Shown here piece by piece: positions 25,788 to 36,664 of a DNA stretch of 64,000 bases. Under the pieces are notes generated by a model, which saw nothing but the letters and a program-made list of their open reading frames with translations, ran no database searches and had not been told where the DNA came from. The translations under genes were made by a program, and so were the position numbers. Origin of the DNA: Candidatus Muiribacterium halophilum (GTDB lineage Bacteria > Muiribacteriota > Muiribacteriia > Muiribacteriales > Muiribacteriaceae); assembly GCA_023228995.1 (NCBI GenBank), contig JALOAD010000001.1, positions 84,603 through 148,602 of the forward strand, in the 5' to 3' direction. Within the stretch, counting starts at the first letter, position 1. The number at the start of each line of letters is the position of its first letter.

Positions 25788-27152
25788 TCACTTTACAAAA
25801 TTTCCTATTTTTTTAATTATTTTGTCATTATCTACTACTATTTCACCTGATATAAAAACTCTTTTGATTTTTCCTTTGAATTTTCTTCCTTCAAATGGTG
25901 TGTATTTGCCTATACTTTCAAATAATTGTCCTTCTACTGTAAAGTTTTCGTCTGGATTAAATAAAATAAAATCTGCATCTGCTCCTGGATTTATATTTCC
26001 TTTTGCTGGATAAAGTCCGAAAAATTTTGCAGCATTTTGTGAACTTATTTCTATTAATCTTTTTAATGATAATTTCCCTGATATATATCCTTCTGATAAA
26101 ATATATGCAAATACTATTTCAACTCCTGGTATTCCAGCATAGTCTTTCCATATATCTCCTGTGTTTTTTTCTGTTTTTACATTACAAGGAGCATGATCTG
26201 TTGTTATAAACGATATATTACCTTTTTTTAAATAATTCCATAATGCTTCGGAATCTTCTTGATTTTTAACAACAGGTGCTGTTTTTAATATTCCTCCAAA
26301 AGTATTTAAATCATTTTCATTAAATTCAAGATAATGTGGGCAAGTTTCACATGTAATAAAAGTTCCTTTTTTTTGCCATTCATTTACAAGCTCTACTCCT
26401 TCTGCTGAACTTATATGTACAATATGTATTTTCGCACCTGTGAGTTTTGCCATATATGCTACATTATTTATTGCTAATAATTCGACTTCTACTGGTCTGG
26501 AATCTGCATAATCTAAAGGTGATTTTTTGCCTGAATTTTTAATTTTTGTTGTAAGTGTATTTACAATTGAAGGATCTTCTGCATGAATCATTATTGGTAT
26601 ATCATTTAAAACCGCAGCTTTCATTGTTTCAAAAATCTGAAAATTATCTAGTGCTTTGAATGTTTCCATTCCTGAAACAGTATATATTTTTAATGCTGTT
26701 ACTCCAAGTGTTTTTAATTGTTTTACTCTGCTATAAACATCAAAATAATTATCTTCAAATAAATTTCCTGATATTCCTCCGTGAAGTGCAAAATTACACC
26801 ATGCATTATCTTTTATTATATTTAATTTATTATTAAATCCTTTTTCATCAACTACTGGCGGAAGTGATGTGCATGGCATATCAATAATTGTTGTTACGCC
26901 ACCTTTAACTGCTCCTTTTGTACCTTTTTCAAAAGTCTCATGATTTTCAAATCCAGGAGTATTAAAATGAACATGGGAATCAATTCCACCTGGCAACATA
27001 TATTCGCCATTTCCTTCAATGATTTCAACATTTTCAAGCAATATATCATCTTTATATATAAAAGTTCTTATTTTTTGGTCAAAAAGTACATTTCCTTTTT
27101 CAAATCTATCATTTACTGGGTAATAAACATTTTTTAACAATTTTTTCTTCAT
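25788..27152 (-). CDS. Cyclic amidohydrolase (dihydroorotase/allantoinase/dihydropyrimidinase family)
   Basis: Metal-binding GGIDSHVHF motif near the N-terminus. Amidohydrolase length/pattern. Confidence 0.75.
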   Translation of the reverse strand: MKKKLLKNVYYPVNDRFEKGNVLFDQKIRTFIYKDDILLENVEIIEGNGEYMLPGGIDSHVHFNTPGFENHETFEKGTKGAVKGGVTTIIDMPCTSLPPVVDEKGFNNKLNIIKDNAWCNFALHGGISGNLFEDNYFDVYSRVKQLKTLGVTALKIYTVSGMETFKALDNFQIFETMKAAVLNDIPIMIHAEDPSIVNTLTTKIKNSGKKSPLDYADSRPVEVELLAINNVAYMAKLTGAKIHIVHISSAEGVELVNEWQKKGTFITCETCPHYLEFNENDLNTFGGILKTAPVVKNQEDSEALWNYLKKGNISFITTDHAPCNVKTEKNTGDIWKDYAGIPGVEIVFAYILSEGYISGKLSLKRLIEISSQNAAKFFGLYPAKGNINPGADADFILFNPDENFTVEGQLFESIGKYTPFEGRKFKGKIKRVFISGEIVVDNDKIIKKIGNFVK

Positions 27153-27167
27153 ATTTTACCTCTTTAT

Positions 27168-28538
27168 TTAGTTTGAATTCTCATCAAGTCGTCTTGCAGC
27201 AAGAATTCCTGTTGCTGCAGCACTTACTATGTTTCCAGCTACTCCAGCTCCGTCACCTGCTATAAAAAGTCCAGCTATATCTGTTTTTAGACAATCATTA
27301 TGTATTTCTGTAGAAAAAAACTTTATTTCAGGAGCATATAAAAGAGTGGACGGAGATGCTATTCCATGAATTACTTTATCTAATTTTTCAAGCCCTTCTA
27401 TGAGATTAACTACAATTCTTTGAGGTAAAGCCATTCCAATATCACCTGGAATTACATCTTTAAAAGTTGGAATAATATGACTATTATTAATTCTCTGCCA
27501 TGTACTTCTTCTGCCTTTTTTTAAATCTATAAATCTCTGAACAATTGGTTTTCCGCCACCAACCATTGTTGCTAATTGTCCTATTGATTTACCATAGGCA
27601 AAAGTATCGTTTACTGGTTCAGTCAAAGTAACTTTGCTTAAAAATGCAAAATTTGTATTATTCGATTTTTTATTTTTTTCAGCATGACCATTTACACAAA
27701 CAAAATCTTGATAATTTTCTTTTGCAACAAAACCACCTTTATTGGTGCAAAAAGTTCTAAGCTGATCATCATAAGTATCACCATAAATAAAAAATGTAGG
27801 ATCATAAACAACATCGGTTATATCATCCATTATTTGATTAGGAACTTCAACTCTTACACCAATTTCAACTGGTTGATAATCTACTTTTAATCCTAATCTA
27901 ATACATTCTTTATAAAACCATTTAGCACCAACTCTTCCAGGTGCTGCAATAATATTTTCGCAAAATATCTCTTCTTTTGAAGTAGTTACACTTTTTACTT
28001 TTCCGTTTTCAGTATTTATATTATGAACTTTTTCAGATAATCTAAATTCAACACCATTTTTTTTCAAATAATCCATCATATTTGTCATATAAGTTGGAAG
28101 CATATCAGAACCAAGATGTTTTTGTTTTATAAGCATAAGGTCAAAACCATTTTTTAAAGCAGATTGCCTGATTTTACGAGCTTTTTCCATATCTGTTGGA
28201 AAAACTTTGCCATCCATTCCAAATTTAGTAAATATTTTTTCAGAATCTTCTATAAGTAAAGATGCTTGATCATAGGAAAGGTATTTTGTAAGGTCAGTTT
28301 TGCCTAAAGTTGGTATAAAATTAAGTTTTCCATCAGAAAACAATCCAGCTCCACCAACACCAGACATAATATTACATGGATTACAATTAATGCAATCCTT
28401 ATCATACTTAACAGGACAATTTCTTTTTGCTGGAGATTTTCCTTCATCTATAATAATTACTTTTCGTCCAATAAGAGTAAAAGCTGCAAAAAGTCCAGCT
28501 GGTCCAGCTCCGATTATAACAATATCTGCTTTTTTCAT
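27168..28538 (-). CDS. FAD-dependent oxidoreductase (NAD(FAD)-utilising dehydrogenase family)
   Basis: N-terminal ADIVIIGAGPAGLFAA dinucleotide-binding motif. Second GDGAGVAGNI motif near the C-terminus. Confidence 0.7.
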   Translation of the reverse strand: MKKADIVIIGAGPAGLFAAFTLIGRKVIIIDEGKSPAKRNCPVKYDKDCINCNPCNIMSGVGGAGLFSDGKLNFIPTLGKTDLTKYLSYDQASLLIEDSEKIFTKFGMDGKVFPTDMEKARKIRQSALKNGFDLMLIKQKHLGSDMLPTYMTNMMDYLKKNGVEFRLSEKVHNINTENGKVKSVTTSKEEIFCENIIAAPGRVGAKWFYKECIRLGLKVDYQPVEIGVRVEVPNQIMDDITDVVYDPTFFIYGDTYDDQLRTFCTNKGGFVAKENYQDFVCVNGHAEKNKKSNNTNFAFLSKVTLTEPVNDTFAYGKSIGQLATMVGGGKPIVQRFIDLKKGRRSTWQRINNSHIIPTFKDVIPGDIGMALPQRIVVNLIEGLEKLDKVIHGIASPSTLLYAPEIKFFSTEIHNDCLKTDIAGLFIAGDGAGVAGNIVSAAATGILAARRLDENSN

Positions 28539-28725
28539 TATTTTCCGCCTTAAATATTTTGTTTTTTAAAAGATTTTTAATAAAATTACTAAAATATAAT
28601 AACCAGATAATTGTTTTTTTTCAACACAACTGATTTATAGATAACAGGGTTTTATATATCTCCTATAAAGCTTTATTACAAATCCCAGCCCAGAACTTAA
28701 TCGGAATGAAAAACCTTAAATCTGC

Positions 28726-28773
28726 GAAATAGCCAAATAGCGAGATTGCGAAGTAGATTTAAAGCTTTTTAAT
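28726..28773. repeat. Conserved intergenic element, family B copy 1 (AAATCTGCGAAATAGCCAAATAGCGAGATTGCGAAGTAGATTTAAAGC)
   Basis: Shares AAATCTGCGAA(A)TAGC and GAGATTGCGAARTAGATTTAAA with 52752-52821. Both lie ~180-190 bp upstream of a minus-strand start and next to short tandem repeats. Confidence 0.75.
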
Positions 28774-28877
28774 TCTTTTATAATTTAACATTCCAAATTA
28801 AACATTGCTTTTGTACTGCTTCTATACGCTTCACATACCGCTTCTATACGCTCTTATACTCTTCTTATACTTCTTCT

Positions 28878-30359
28878 CTAATAATCAAAATCAAAATCTT
28901 TTATTGGTATATATTCTTCATAAGATTGATAAACTCCAGCTTTAATAAAATTATCAACCCACCAAAAAATATCATACTTTTTTATTGAATTTCTCATTTT
29001 TTTCATTTTTTTTCTTTTTATTTTATAATCCATTTTGTAAGCTTCATAAATTGTATCTGCTGTTTTTTCAACATCAAAAGGATTAACTAACAAACATTCT
29101 TTACCTAGTTGAGCAGAAGCACCAGCAAATTCAGATAAAATAACAATACCTGTTTCTTCAATATTAGCTGCACAAAATTCTTTTACAACTAGATTCATTC
29201 CATCTTTTAATGGTGTAACCAGAGCTATTTCTGAAGTTCTATAATAAGCTAGCAATTCTTCTCTTTTTAATGAACGAAATATATAATATATTGGAACCCA
29301 TCCTAATTCTGTAAATCTACCGTTTATTTCTCCAACCATTCTCTCGATATTATCTTTAAGTTCTTTATATTTTGGTATATAAACTCTTGATGGAACTAAA
29401 ATCTGTACTAATGAGACTTTTTTTTGCATATCAGGATATTTTTCTAGTGCTCTTGCAAATGCTTTAAGCTTAAATGGTATTCCTTTTGTATAATCAAGCC
29501 TATCTATTCCTAATATTAGTTTTCTATTTGGTAAATTTTCATGCAAAAACCACGCTCTTTCTGCAACATTTGCACTATCTGCTCCATCTTTAAAAGCTTC
29601 ATAATCTATACTTATTGGAAAAGAACCAACCAGAACATCTCTGCTTTGACTTTTAATAAATACAAGATTTTCTCTTCCTCTTGCCTGTACTTTGTTTCTT
29701 AGAATTCTTCTAACACATTGTAGAAAATTTCTTTTATCTCTTGGAGTCTGAAATCCTATAAGATCATATTCTAAAAGGCTTTCAAGTATTTTTTTTCGCC
29801 AAGGTAATTTACTAAATATATCTAATGATGGAAATGGTATATGTAGAAAAAATCCAATTCTATTATTATAACCTTTTTGTCTTAATTCACTTGCTACATT
29901 AAGTAAATGATAGTCATGAACCCATATAAAATCATCTTTTATTATTTTTGACATTATTTTATTTGAAATTTTTTTATTTACGCTTAAATAAGTTTCCCAA
30001 TATTTATCTTTAAAATTACATAGTGATATTAAATCATGAAAAAGTGGCCATATTATCTCATTTGAAAAACCTTCATAGTAATTATCTCTTTCTTTTTTTG
30101 TTAAAATAATCGGTTCAAGTTCATAACCACTATCTTTAACACCTTTTGAAATAAGTTCTCCAAGGTTCTGCTCTGTTATGCCATCTTCTTCAATTATTCC
30201 AGGCCACCCTATCCAAACACCGCCTCGATTTTTTAAAACTGGTGCCATTGCAGTAACAAGTCCGCCTTTACCAGCAGAAATAGAAAAACTACCATCTTTT
30301 TTTTTGTCTATTACAACTGGCAATCGATTGGATACAATAATCAATCTTCCTTCAGACAT
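28878..30359 (-). CDS. otsA: Alpha,alpha-trehalose-phosphate synthase (GT20)
   Basis: RLIIVSNRLPV start, WVHDYHL, GT20 conservation over 493 aa. Confidence 0.9.
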   Translation of the reverse strand: MSEGRLIIVSNRLPVVIDKKKDGSFSISAGKGGLVTAMAPVLKNRGGVWIGWPGIIEEDGITEQNLGELISKGVKDSGYELEPIILTKKERDNYYEGFSNEIIWPLFHDLISLCNFKDKYWETYLSVNKKISNKIMSKIIKDDFIWVHDYHLLNVASELRQKGYNNRIGFFLHIPFPSLDIFSKLPWRKKILESLLEYDLIGFQTPRDKRNFLQCVRRILRNKVQARGRENLVFIKSQSRDVLVGSFPISIDYEAFKDGADSANVAERAWFLHENLPNRKLILGIDRLDYTKGIPFKLKAFARALEKYPDMQKKVSLVQILVPSRVYIPKYKELKDNIERMVGEINGRFTELGWVPIYYIFRSLKREELLAYYRTSEIALVTPLKDGMNLVVKEFCAANIEETGIVILSEFAGASAQLGKECLLVNPFDVEKTADTIYEAYKMDYKIKRKKMKKMRNSIKKYDIFWWVDNFIKAGVYQSYEEYIPIKDFDFDY

Positions 30360-31153
30360 TTTTCCTCCAAAAACTCATTTTTTAAAACTCTGTAAAATTC
30401 CTGATGAGAATTTATCCATATATCCGCATAAGTATTTCTGAAAGTATCTTTTATCAAAAAACTAATTCCTGAACCTTTCACTTCTAAAAAAGCATCTTCA
30501 TCAGTTATATCATCTCCAAAATACACTGGAAAACAATTTTTATTTTCTTTAATTATCTGTGAAACTGCATAACCTTTATTAAAAGATGGAATAATAAATT
30601 CATATCCACCATCAAATTCAAGAATTTTGATATTATTGAATTTATTTAATATCTGTTTTTTTAATCTTTCAATATTTTCTCTGATATTTTGTGGAATTTC
30701 TCTATAATGCAAAGCTATTGAACTAACCTTTTTTTCAGTATGTTCAACGATTTTATCAAGTTCAAGATAATCCCAGATTTTTTGTAATAAAACTTTATTT
30801 TGAGGATTAAGATTTAAATAATCACCATTAGATTTAAGAACTTCATTACCATGACTTCCCCATATACATGGAGGAAAATCAAGACAATACAAAAGTTTTT
30901 TTAGTGAATCAACTGTCCTGCCTGTAATAAAATATATTTTGTATTTTTTAGCAAGTTTATTTATTAAATCAGCAAATCCTTCATACATAAAAGCTTTTTC
31001 TCTATCTTTTACAAACGGAGCAAGCGTACCATCATAATCAAATAAAAGTATTTTATCTTTATTAATTAAAACCTTTTGATAATCTTTATAATCAAAAATG
31101 TCTTTATTCAAAAATTCCATAATCCCAGTTTTATCCTTGTTTTTACTAATCAT
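30341..31153 (-). CDS. otsB: Trehalose-6-phosphate phosphatase (HAD-IIB)
   Basis: HAD motif I LLFDYDGTL. Overlaps otsA start. Confidence 0.8.
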   Translation of the reverse strand: MISKNKDKTGIMEFLNKDIFDYKDYQKVLINKDKILLFDYDGTLAPFVKDREKAFMYEGFADLINKLAKKYKIYFITGRTVDSLKKLLYCLDFPPCIWGSHGNEVLKSNGDYLNLNPQNKVLLQKIWDYLELDKIVEHTEKKVSSIALHYREIPQNIRENIERLKKQILNKFNNIKILEFDGGYEFIIPSFNKGYAVSQIIKENKNCFPVYFGDDITDEDAFLEVKGSGISFLIKDTFRNTYADIWINSHQEFYRVLKNEFLEEKCLKED

Positions 31154-31266
31154 TAATTAGATGCAAATCATCGCTAATTAGCAATTTATTGCGTTAATTG
31201 CTTTCAATCTTCAACTCTTTAACCCATTAACCCTTTAACCATCTCACTATCTCACTATCTCACTTT

Positions 31267-32535
31267 TCACAACTCTATTCTATCTTTATCTTGATAATGA
31301 ATTGCAGCAAGCATTAAAGTAAGATATTCTCTCAAATGTCTTGTTATAAGAAAGTTTTCTCTTACAAATTCTTTTGCATTTTTGCCAATTTCAAGCATTC
31401 TTTTTTTATGATTAAAAAGATATCTAATTCTCAAAGCAGCACCTTCAGGTGTATTTACAAGATATCCAGTATGATGATTAATAACTTGAAGTCTTATTCC
31501 ACCAGTATCACCACCAATCATTGGTTTTCCTTTCCACATTCCCTCGGTTACCGTTAACCCAAAACCTTCTTTAACTGATTTTTGCAAAATTATATCTGAA
31601 CCTCTCTGAATTGCATTTATAGTTCTATGAGCATCTGCCGGAAGAAGAAGTATTTTAATGTCAGAATCTCCATAAGCAGCTTCTCTAACTTCGTTTAGTA
31701 CAGCTTCACCTTCAGGATCATCTGTTGCACCACCACCTGCAAGGACAAGTTGAAGGTCAGGAGTAAATTTTTTGACAATTTTATAAGCTTTAATAACTCC
31801 AATAGGATCTTTGAATCTATCAAATCTTGAAATCTGCGACATAATAGGTCTTGAAAGATCAATTCCATAACTAATACAAGTTTGCTTTACTTCTTTAATG
31901 TCAAGATCAATGTTTTTTTCACTTAAAGGATCTATACTTGGAAGTATAAGATATTGAGTGTGTGGCAATTTTTGAGCATAATCAGCTAAAGAAAAAACAC
32001 TAGCATCATAATCTGCTACTTTATTTTTGATATAATTCCATAAAGGTCTATATGGTTTACTAACATCAATATGGCATCTCCAAATCCATTTTCCTTTTCT
32101 TTCTGGAATATATTTCAAAAGCATAGCTGGTTGCGGATCATGAATAAAAACAACATCAGCATCTTTGAGACTATTTCTTAATTTATCAGCGTTTTCCTCA
32201 TTTGTTTTTTCATAAATATCAAGAAGCTTTTTATTCATACTAACAACATTTCCTTGTAATCCATTATGAAAATTTTTAGTACAATTATAAAATTCTTGTT
32301 CTCCTGTAACAACTTCCCATTTTGTATTAATACCTAATTCTTCTTTTAAAGGTATAAGTTTATGCAGAATTTCAGCAACACCTCCGCCAACTTTTGTAGA
32401 ATTAACATGAACTACATTTATACCTTTTAATGGAGCAGCAAGCTGATAAAGAGAATCTATAATAGGATTTCCAACTATATCTCTATAAAGATCAAGTTTA
32501 TTCATTAATTTTACCTCCTTTAAAAAAATCATCAA
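31267..32535 (-). CDS. GT4-family glycosyltransferase, TreT (trehalose glycosyltransferring synthase)-like
   Basis: N-terminal GT4_4-like region (VVHVNSTKVGGGVAEIL) and C-terminal GT1 region with the EGFGLTVTEGMWKGKP (E-x7-E) motif. Lies in the trehalose cluster. Confidence 0.55.
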   Translation of the reverse strand: MMIFLKEVKLMNKLDLYRDIVGNPIIDSLYQLAAPLKGINVVHVNSTKVGGGVAEILHKLIPLKEELGINTKWEVVTGEQEFYNCTKNFHNGLQGNVVSMNKKLLDIYEKTNEENADKLRNSLKDADVVFIHDPQPAMLLKYIPERKGKWIWRCHIDVSKPYRPLWNYIKNKVADYDASVFSLADYAQKLPHTQYLILPSIDPLSEKNIDLDIKEVKQTCISYGIDLSRPIMSQISRFDRFKDPIGVIKAYKIVKKFTPDLQLVLAGGGATDDPEGEAVLNEVREAAYGDSDIKILLLPADAHRTINAIQRGSDIILQKSVKEGFGLTVTEGMWKGKPMIGGDTGGIRLQVINHHTGYLVNTPEGAALRIRYLFNHKKRMLEIGKNAKEFVRENFLITRHLREYLTLMLAAIHYQDKDRIEL

Positions 32536-33172
32536 ATATATTGACTAATTGTTCTTTAAGTGTGTTTAATGATACAAAATAAGGATCAAGAGATGATATT
32601 TTATCGCATATTGGATTATATTTTCCATCAAGCCCCATAAGCCATTGTCTAAAATCATCAACATTATCTTTAGTTCTTCTTCTTGCATCAATAAAATGAT
32701 AAAATATAGAGCTTGTTGACATTTCTTTGATTACTTCAGAAAACTTTGAAGGATCTTTTAATGCAATATTCGTATCAAAAACAACAATATGAGATTTTTT
32801 AAAATGAAATTTATTTTGCGGTCTAACAAAATTAATCCATTCATCCTCATCTAATCTCTCTTGAATAGTATCAACTAATTCATTTCTTAATTCATCAAGT
32901 AAACCAAAATCTGTAGGATCAACAACAGATAATCTTTCTGCAAGTATTGAATCATGCAGAGAACTTTTTACCCATAAAGCAAATTCGTTATTATATTCAC
33001 TATCCATAAATCTTGGTTTTAACAACATACCCCAAAAATGATAATAAATACTACCTTGATCAATATTTTGAATAATATCTTTTAACTCTCTTAGGTTATG
33101 AGCTTTTTTCCCTGTAGCAATAGCAACAAGAGCACAATCTTTGACATTGAATGCTGGGGTTTCTTTAATCAT
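32498..33172 (-). CDS. Hypothetical protein (224 aa), first gene of the trehalose cluster
   Basis: Open frame overlapping the GT4 start. No recognised motif. Confidence 0.4.
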   Translation of the reverse strand: MIKETPAFNVKDCALVAIATGKKAHNLRELKDIIQNIDQGSIYYHFWGMLLKPRFMDSEYNNEFALWVKSSLHDSILAERLSVVDPTDFGLLDELRNELVDTIQERLDEDEWINFVRPQNKFHFKKSHIVVFDTNIALKDPSKFSEVIKEMSTSSIFYHFIDARRRTKDNVDDFRQWLMGLDGKYNPICDKISSLDPYFVSLNTLKEQLVNIFDDFFKGGKINE

Positions 33173-33334
33173 TTACAATATCCTCCCCTTTTTTAATATA
33201 AAAAACCTAATAAATCACAGGTTTTTTATAAATTATAACACAAAAAAGTATATTTAACAAAAACTATCAGCTAGTTCCAACCATTTTATTAATTATAATA
33301 TTCCTTATGGTTTATTTGAGGTTTATTATTTTTA

Positions 33335-34654
33335 TTGAATATGCCAAAGTTCAACAAAAACTTATGTTTTACCGATTTAAGGCTAATGCGAAATTTTTTT
33401 ATAATATTTTTTATTTTTATACTTTTGTTTTTATCATTATTTAATACTGTTAAATACCATGTTATTAAATTTAATGATTTCTCAAAAGCTAGACAAGATT
33501 ATCTTGAAGCTGCTTTTTATATTGAATATTATGGGAATTTTTTAAAAACTGGAAATCAATCCGATAAGTTTTTAAATATAATAAAGTATTTTGGAGAAAA
33601 AAAAGATATAGATAGATTAAAAAATTTAGTTAAATCAAAAAATATTTCTCATAAAACAAGATCACTTATATTTATTGAAATGTTCAGATACTATAGAAAT
33701 GTTAATTTTCCCCATCTTGGTGAACCATATCTTGAAAAAGCTCTTGAAAATATACAAAATTCAGGTGATATAAAGGAAAAACTTGAAATATTCACATTAG
33801 CTGTACAAGATTATAAAAATATTTTCAAACAGCAGCAAAGTGAAATTAATGAAGAAAAAGTTATTGAACTGTTAAATAAATACTCGTATTTTGATTATTC
33901 TGATAATCCTGATGTTTTTTTTAAAGCTTGTTTTGCAGTTAAAGAAAATAATTTTGATAAAATTCAATCAATAAAAGATATTGAAAAATATTTCATAGAA
34001 AGTAATTTAATAGAAAATAACTTTCTGAAACTTTCAGATTTTTATTTTTATTATTCAAAATATATACCAGATAAAATCACAAAATCACAAAAGAATAAAA
34101 TCAAAAATTTATTAAAAACTCTAATTTCAAAAAAATCTTTAACACCTGAAGAAATATTCGTGATGACAAATCTATTATACGCAAATATGAAAATAGAAAA
34201 TAATCTTGATACTTTCAATTATTTAAAAAAATATTTTGAAAACAATTACTTTGACGAAAGAATTATTGATGTTTTCAAATTATGTGTAGAACAAGAACAG
34301 GAAAAATGTACTAAATATATATATGACAACTTAACTTTAAAATATGAAGTTTCACAGTATTATTTATCATCAATAATGGGTAATAAATTAATTGAAACAA
34401 ATAAACATATTAAAGCAGTAAAGGAAATATACAGAACATATCAGGATTTTAAAGATTCTGAGGAGAAAAACCCTGAATATATAATGTTTCTTGCTAAAAT
34501 CGGAGAAATCGACAAAGCAATAGAATGTTCACAATTTTATCATGACAGCATGACCTTAGCAGAGATCGGGAATCAAATGATAAAATACAAAAAAAGAGCT
34601 ACACCAAATTCAAATAAAATTCTAAGAGAAATTCTTCAAAAGTATGATAAATAA
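33335..34654 (+). CDS. Membrane-anchored helical-repeat (TPR-like) hypothetical protein
   Basis: N-terminal TM helix, long helical Lys/Glu/Tyr-rich body. Confidence 0.5.
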   Translation: MNMPKFNKNLCFTDLRLMRNFFIIFFIFILLFLSLFNTVKYHVIKFNDFSKARQDYLEAAFYIEYYGNFLKTGNQSDKFLNIIKYFGEKKDIDRLKNLVKSKNISHKTRSLIFIEMFRYYRNVNFPHLGEPYLEKALENIQNSGDIKEKLEIFTLAVQDYKNIFKQQQSEINEEKVIELLNKYSYFDYSDNPDVFFKACFAVKENNFDKIQSIKDIEKYFIESNLIENNFLKLSDFYFYYSKYIPDKITKSQKNKIKNLLKTLISKKSLTPEEIFVMTNLLYANMKIENNLDTFNYLKKYFENNYFDERIIDVFKLCVEQEQEKCTKYIYDNLTLKYEVSQYYLSSIMGNKLIETNKHIKAVKEIYRTYQDFKDSEEKNPEYIMFLAKIGEIDKAIECSQFYHDSMTLAEIGNQMIKYKKRATPNSNKILREILQKYDK

Positions 34655-34682
34655 TTGAGTCTTCTGATTAAATAAACAAAAA

Positions 34683-35609
34683 TCATTCTTCATCTTCTTT
34701 AAGCTGTCTAAAACCTCTACCCATAACACTAAATGCTTCTGTTACAACAACAAATGCCATTGGATCAAACATATTAATAATACCTTTAAGTTCAAATATT
34801 TGTCTTTTTCCAATAACAATCATAAGCATTTTTTTATCATTTTCAGAATACATGCCTTTTACTTCAAGCTGAGTAACTCCTCTTTGAAGTTTACCCATAA
34901 CAGTTTCACCAATTATTTGATATTGATCTGAAATAACATAAACAACTCTTGAATAATTAAGTCCACTCTGAACCATATCAACAATTTTTGAATTAAAAAA
35001 TATTGTAATTATACCATAAAGTGAAAATTCAAAATTTCCTAAAAACACTCCTGCCGAAATAGCAATAGCTGGATCAATAACAGAAAGAACACGCCCAATT
35101 GAAATTTTAAGATATTTTGAAAGAACCTGAGCAAGTATATCAGTCCCGCCTGTACTTCCACCAACTTTTATTACAACTCCCATTCCAAGACCTGTAAGAA
35201 CACCTCCAAAAAGACATGCAAGCATTCTATCTTCAGTAACATGAAATAAATGATTATATTTTAGCATAATTTCTATAACAACAGGTTGAAGTAAAACAAC
35301 ATATAAAGTTTTAATAGAAGATGATGAACCAAGAACTTTATATTGTATAATCATCAAAATTGCATTAATCACAATAAGAGTAACTGAAACAGGTATTCCT
35401 AAGGTATAAAATAAAATAGTACAAACACCTGTCAAACCTCCTCCAACAATCTTATTTGGAAGAAGAAAATAAACATATCCGACAAGATAAATAATAAATC
35501 CAAAATTTAATAAAATAAAATCAAAAAGAGTTTGATACAATGGCTTTTTATATGTATGCATGCTATCTCCATAATGCTTTAACAACATTCTGCAATAACA
35601 CTCAACCAT
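34683..35609 (-). CDS. YitT-family membrane protein (DUF161 + DUF2179)
   Basis: Multi-TM N-terminal part with GGLTGV motif and a C-terminal soluble DUF2179-like domain. Confidence 0.7.
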   Translation of the reverse strand: MVECYCRMLLKHYGDSMHTYKKPLYQTLFDFILLNFGFIIYLVGYVYFLLPNKIVGGGLTGVCTILFYTLGIPVSVTLIVINAILMIIQYKVLGSSSSIKTLYVVLLQPVVIEIMLKYNHLFHVTEDRMLACLFGGVLTGLGMGVVIKVGGSTGGTDILAQVLSKYLKISIGRVLSVIDPAIAISAGVFLGNFEFSLYGIITIFFNSKIVDMVQSGLNYSRVVYVISDQYQIIGETVMGKLQRGVTQLEVKGMYSENDKKMLMIVIGKRQIFELKGIINMFDPMAFVVVTEAFSVMGRGFRQLKEDEE

Positions 35610-35731
35610 TTTTTTATGTAAAAAGCAAGCAAATTAATAATATTTTCAAATATTGTTCTATGTACCAAAAAAAATATATTAATTAACAGAAAATTTTAGA
35701 AGTTTTTATCCCTATATCCCCTTCACTTTTT

Positions 35732-36562
35732 TTAAAACTTTGTAAAAAAGTTTTTAGATATTGTAATGAGAATTTTATAAAAAAGATAAAACACAATAAA
35801 TGGAATAACAAATATATCAAGAAAAAATACAATTGAAAATGTAAGTATTGAATCTAATATTTCAAGACCTTTATTAGCCATATTATTTAATTTTAATGTT
35901 ATTTTTTCAATTAAATCAAGCGAAACGCTTTCTTCTTTAAGATTTTTTACATCAAGACTATTAACTTCATCTGAAAAATCACCAATATTTTTTTCATAAT
36001 TTTGTGCGTATTTAGTAGTTATTAGAGATGAAAATTTCCCTGATATATAGACTGTTGTAGGAAATACAATGTAAAACATAGTTATAACAAGAAAAATAAA
36101 TAAAGATATTTTTTTTACTTTTTCAAATTTATACTTTTTAATATCAAAAAACTGTATTATTACACAAAACATAACAATTCCAAATAACAAACTATTCCAA
36201 TCCCCAGAAATACTTCTTAAAATTATCATGCTTTTTATAACAATCATGCTAAAAAAAGAAATTTTCCAACCATAATCAACAACATCAAGCACACTTTGAA
36301 CAATATCACCAATCTCAATTTGACTACCCATTGAGCCTTTTAAAATAAAATTTACACCACCTTCCATAGTAATTGAACTGCCTTCAATAATGCTCAAAGT
36401 AGTCTTTATACCGGTTAATAATGTAAATGTAGTTATACTTCTTTTCATCAAAGTATCAAGATAATTACCAGAACCATTCATAACAAAAGGAACAAAACAA
36501 TGCTGAATTATAAACATTATTATCAAAGCTGGAATAATCTTTTTTAAAATCTCATGCTTCAT
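35732..36562 (-). CDS. Polytopic membrane hypothetical protein
   Basis: Six or more hydrophobic helices, no motif. Confidence 0.5.
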   Translation of the reverse strand: MKHEILKKIIPALIIMFIIQHCFVPFVMNGSGNYLDTLMKRSITTFTLLTGIKTTLSIIEGSSITMEGGVNFILKGSMGSQIEIGDIVQSVLDVVDYGWKISFFSMIVIKSMIILRSISGDWNSLLFGIVMFCVIIQFFDIKKYKFEKVKKISLFIFLVITMFYIVFPTTVYISGKFSSLITTKYAQNYEKNIGDFSDEVNSLDVKNLKEESVSLDLIEKITLKLNNMANKGLEILDSILTFSIVFFLDIFVIPFIVFYLFYKILITISKNFFTKF

Positions 36563-36664
36563 AAAACCCTCTTTATGTGTTTTAAAGTTTCTATACCGAT
36601 TTTATACGTTTTTATACGCTTCACATAATGCTTCTTAAATTATTATAACATAAATTGTTTTACT

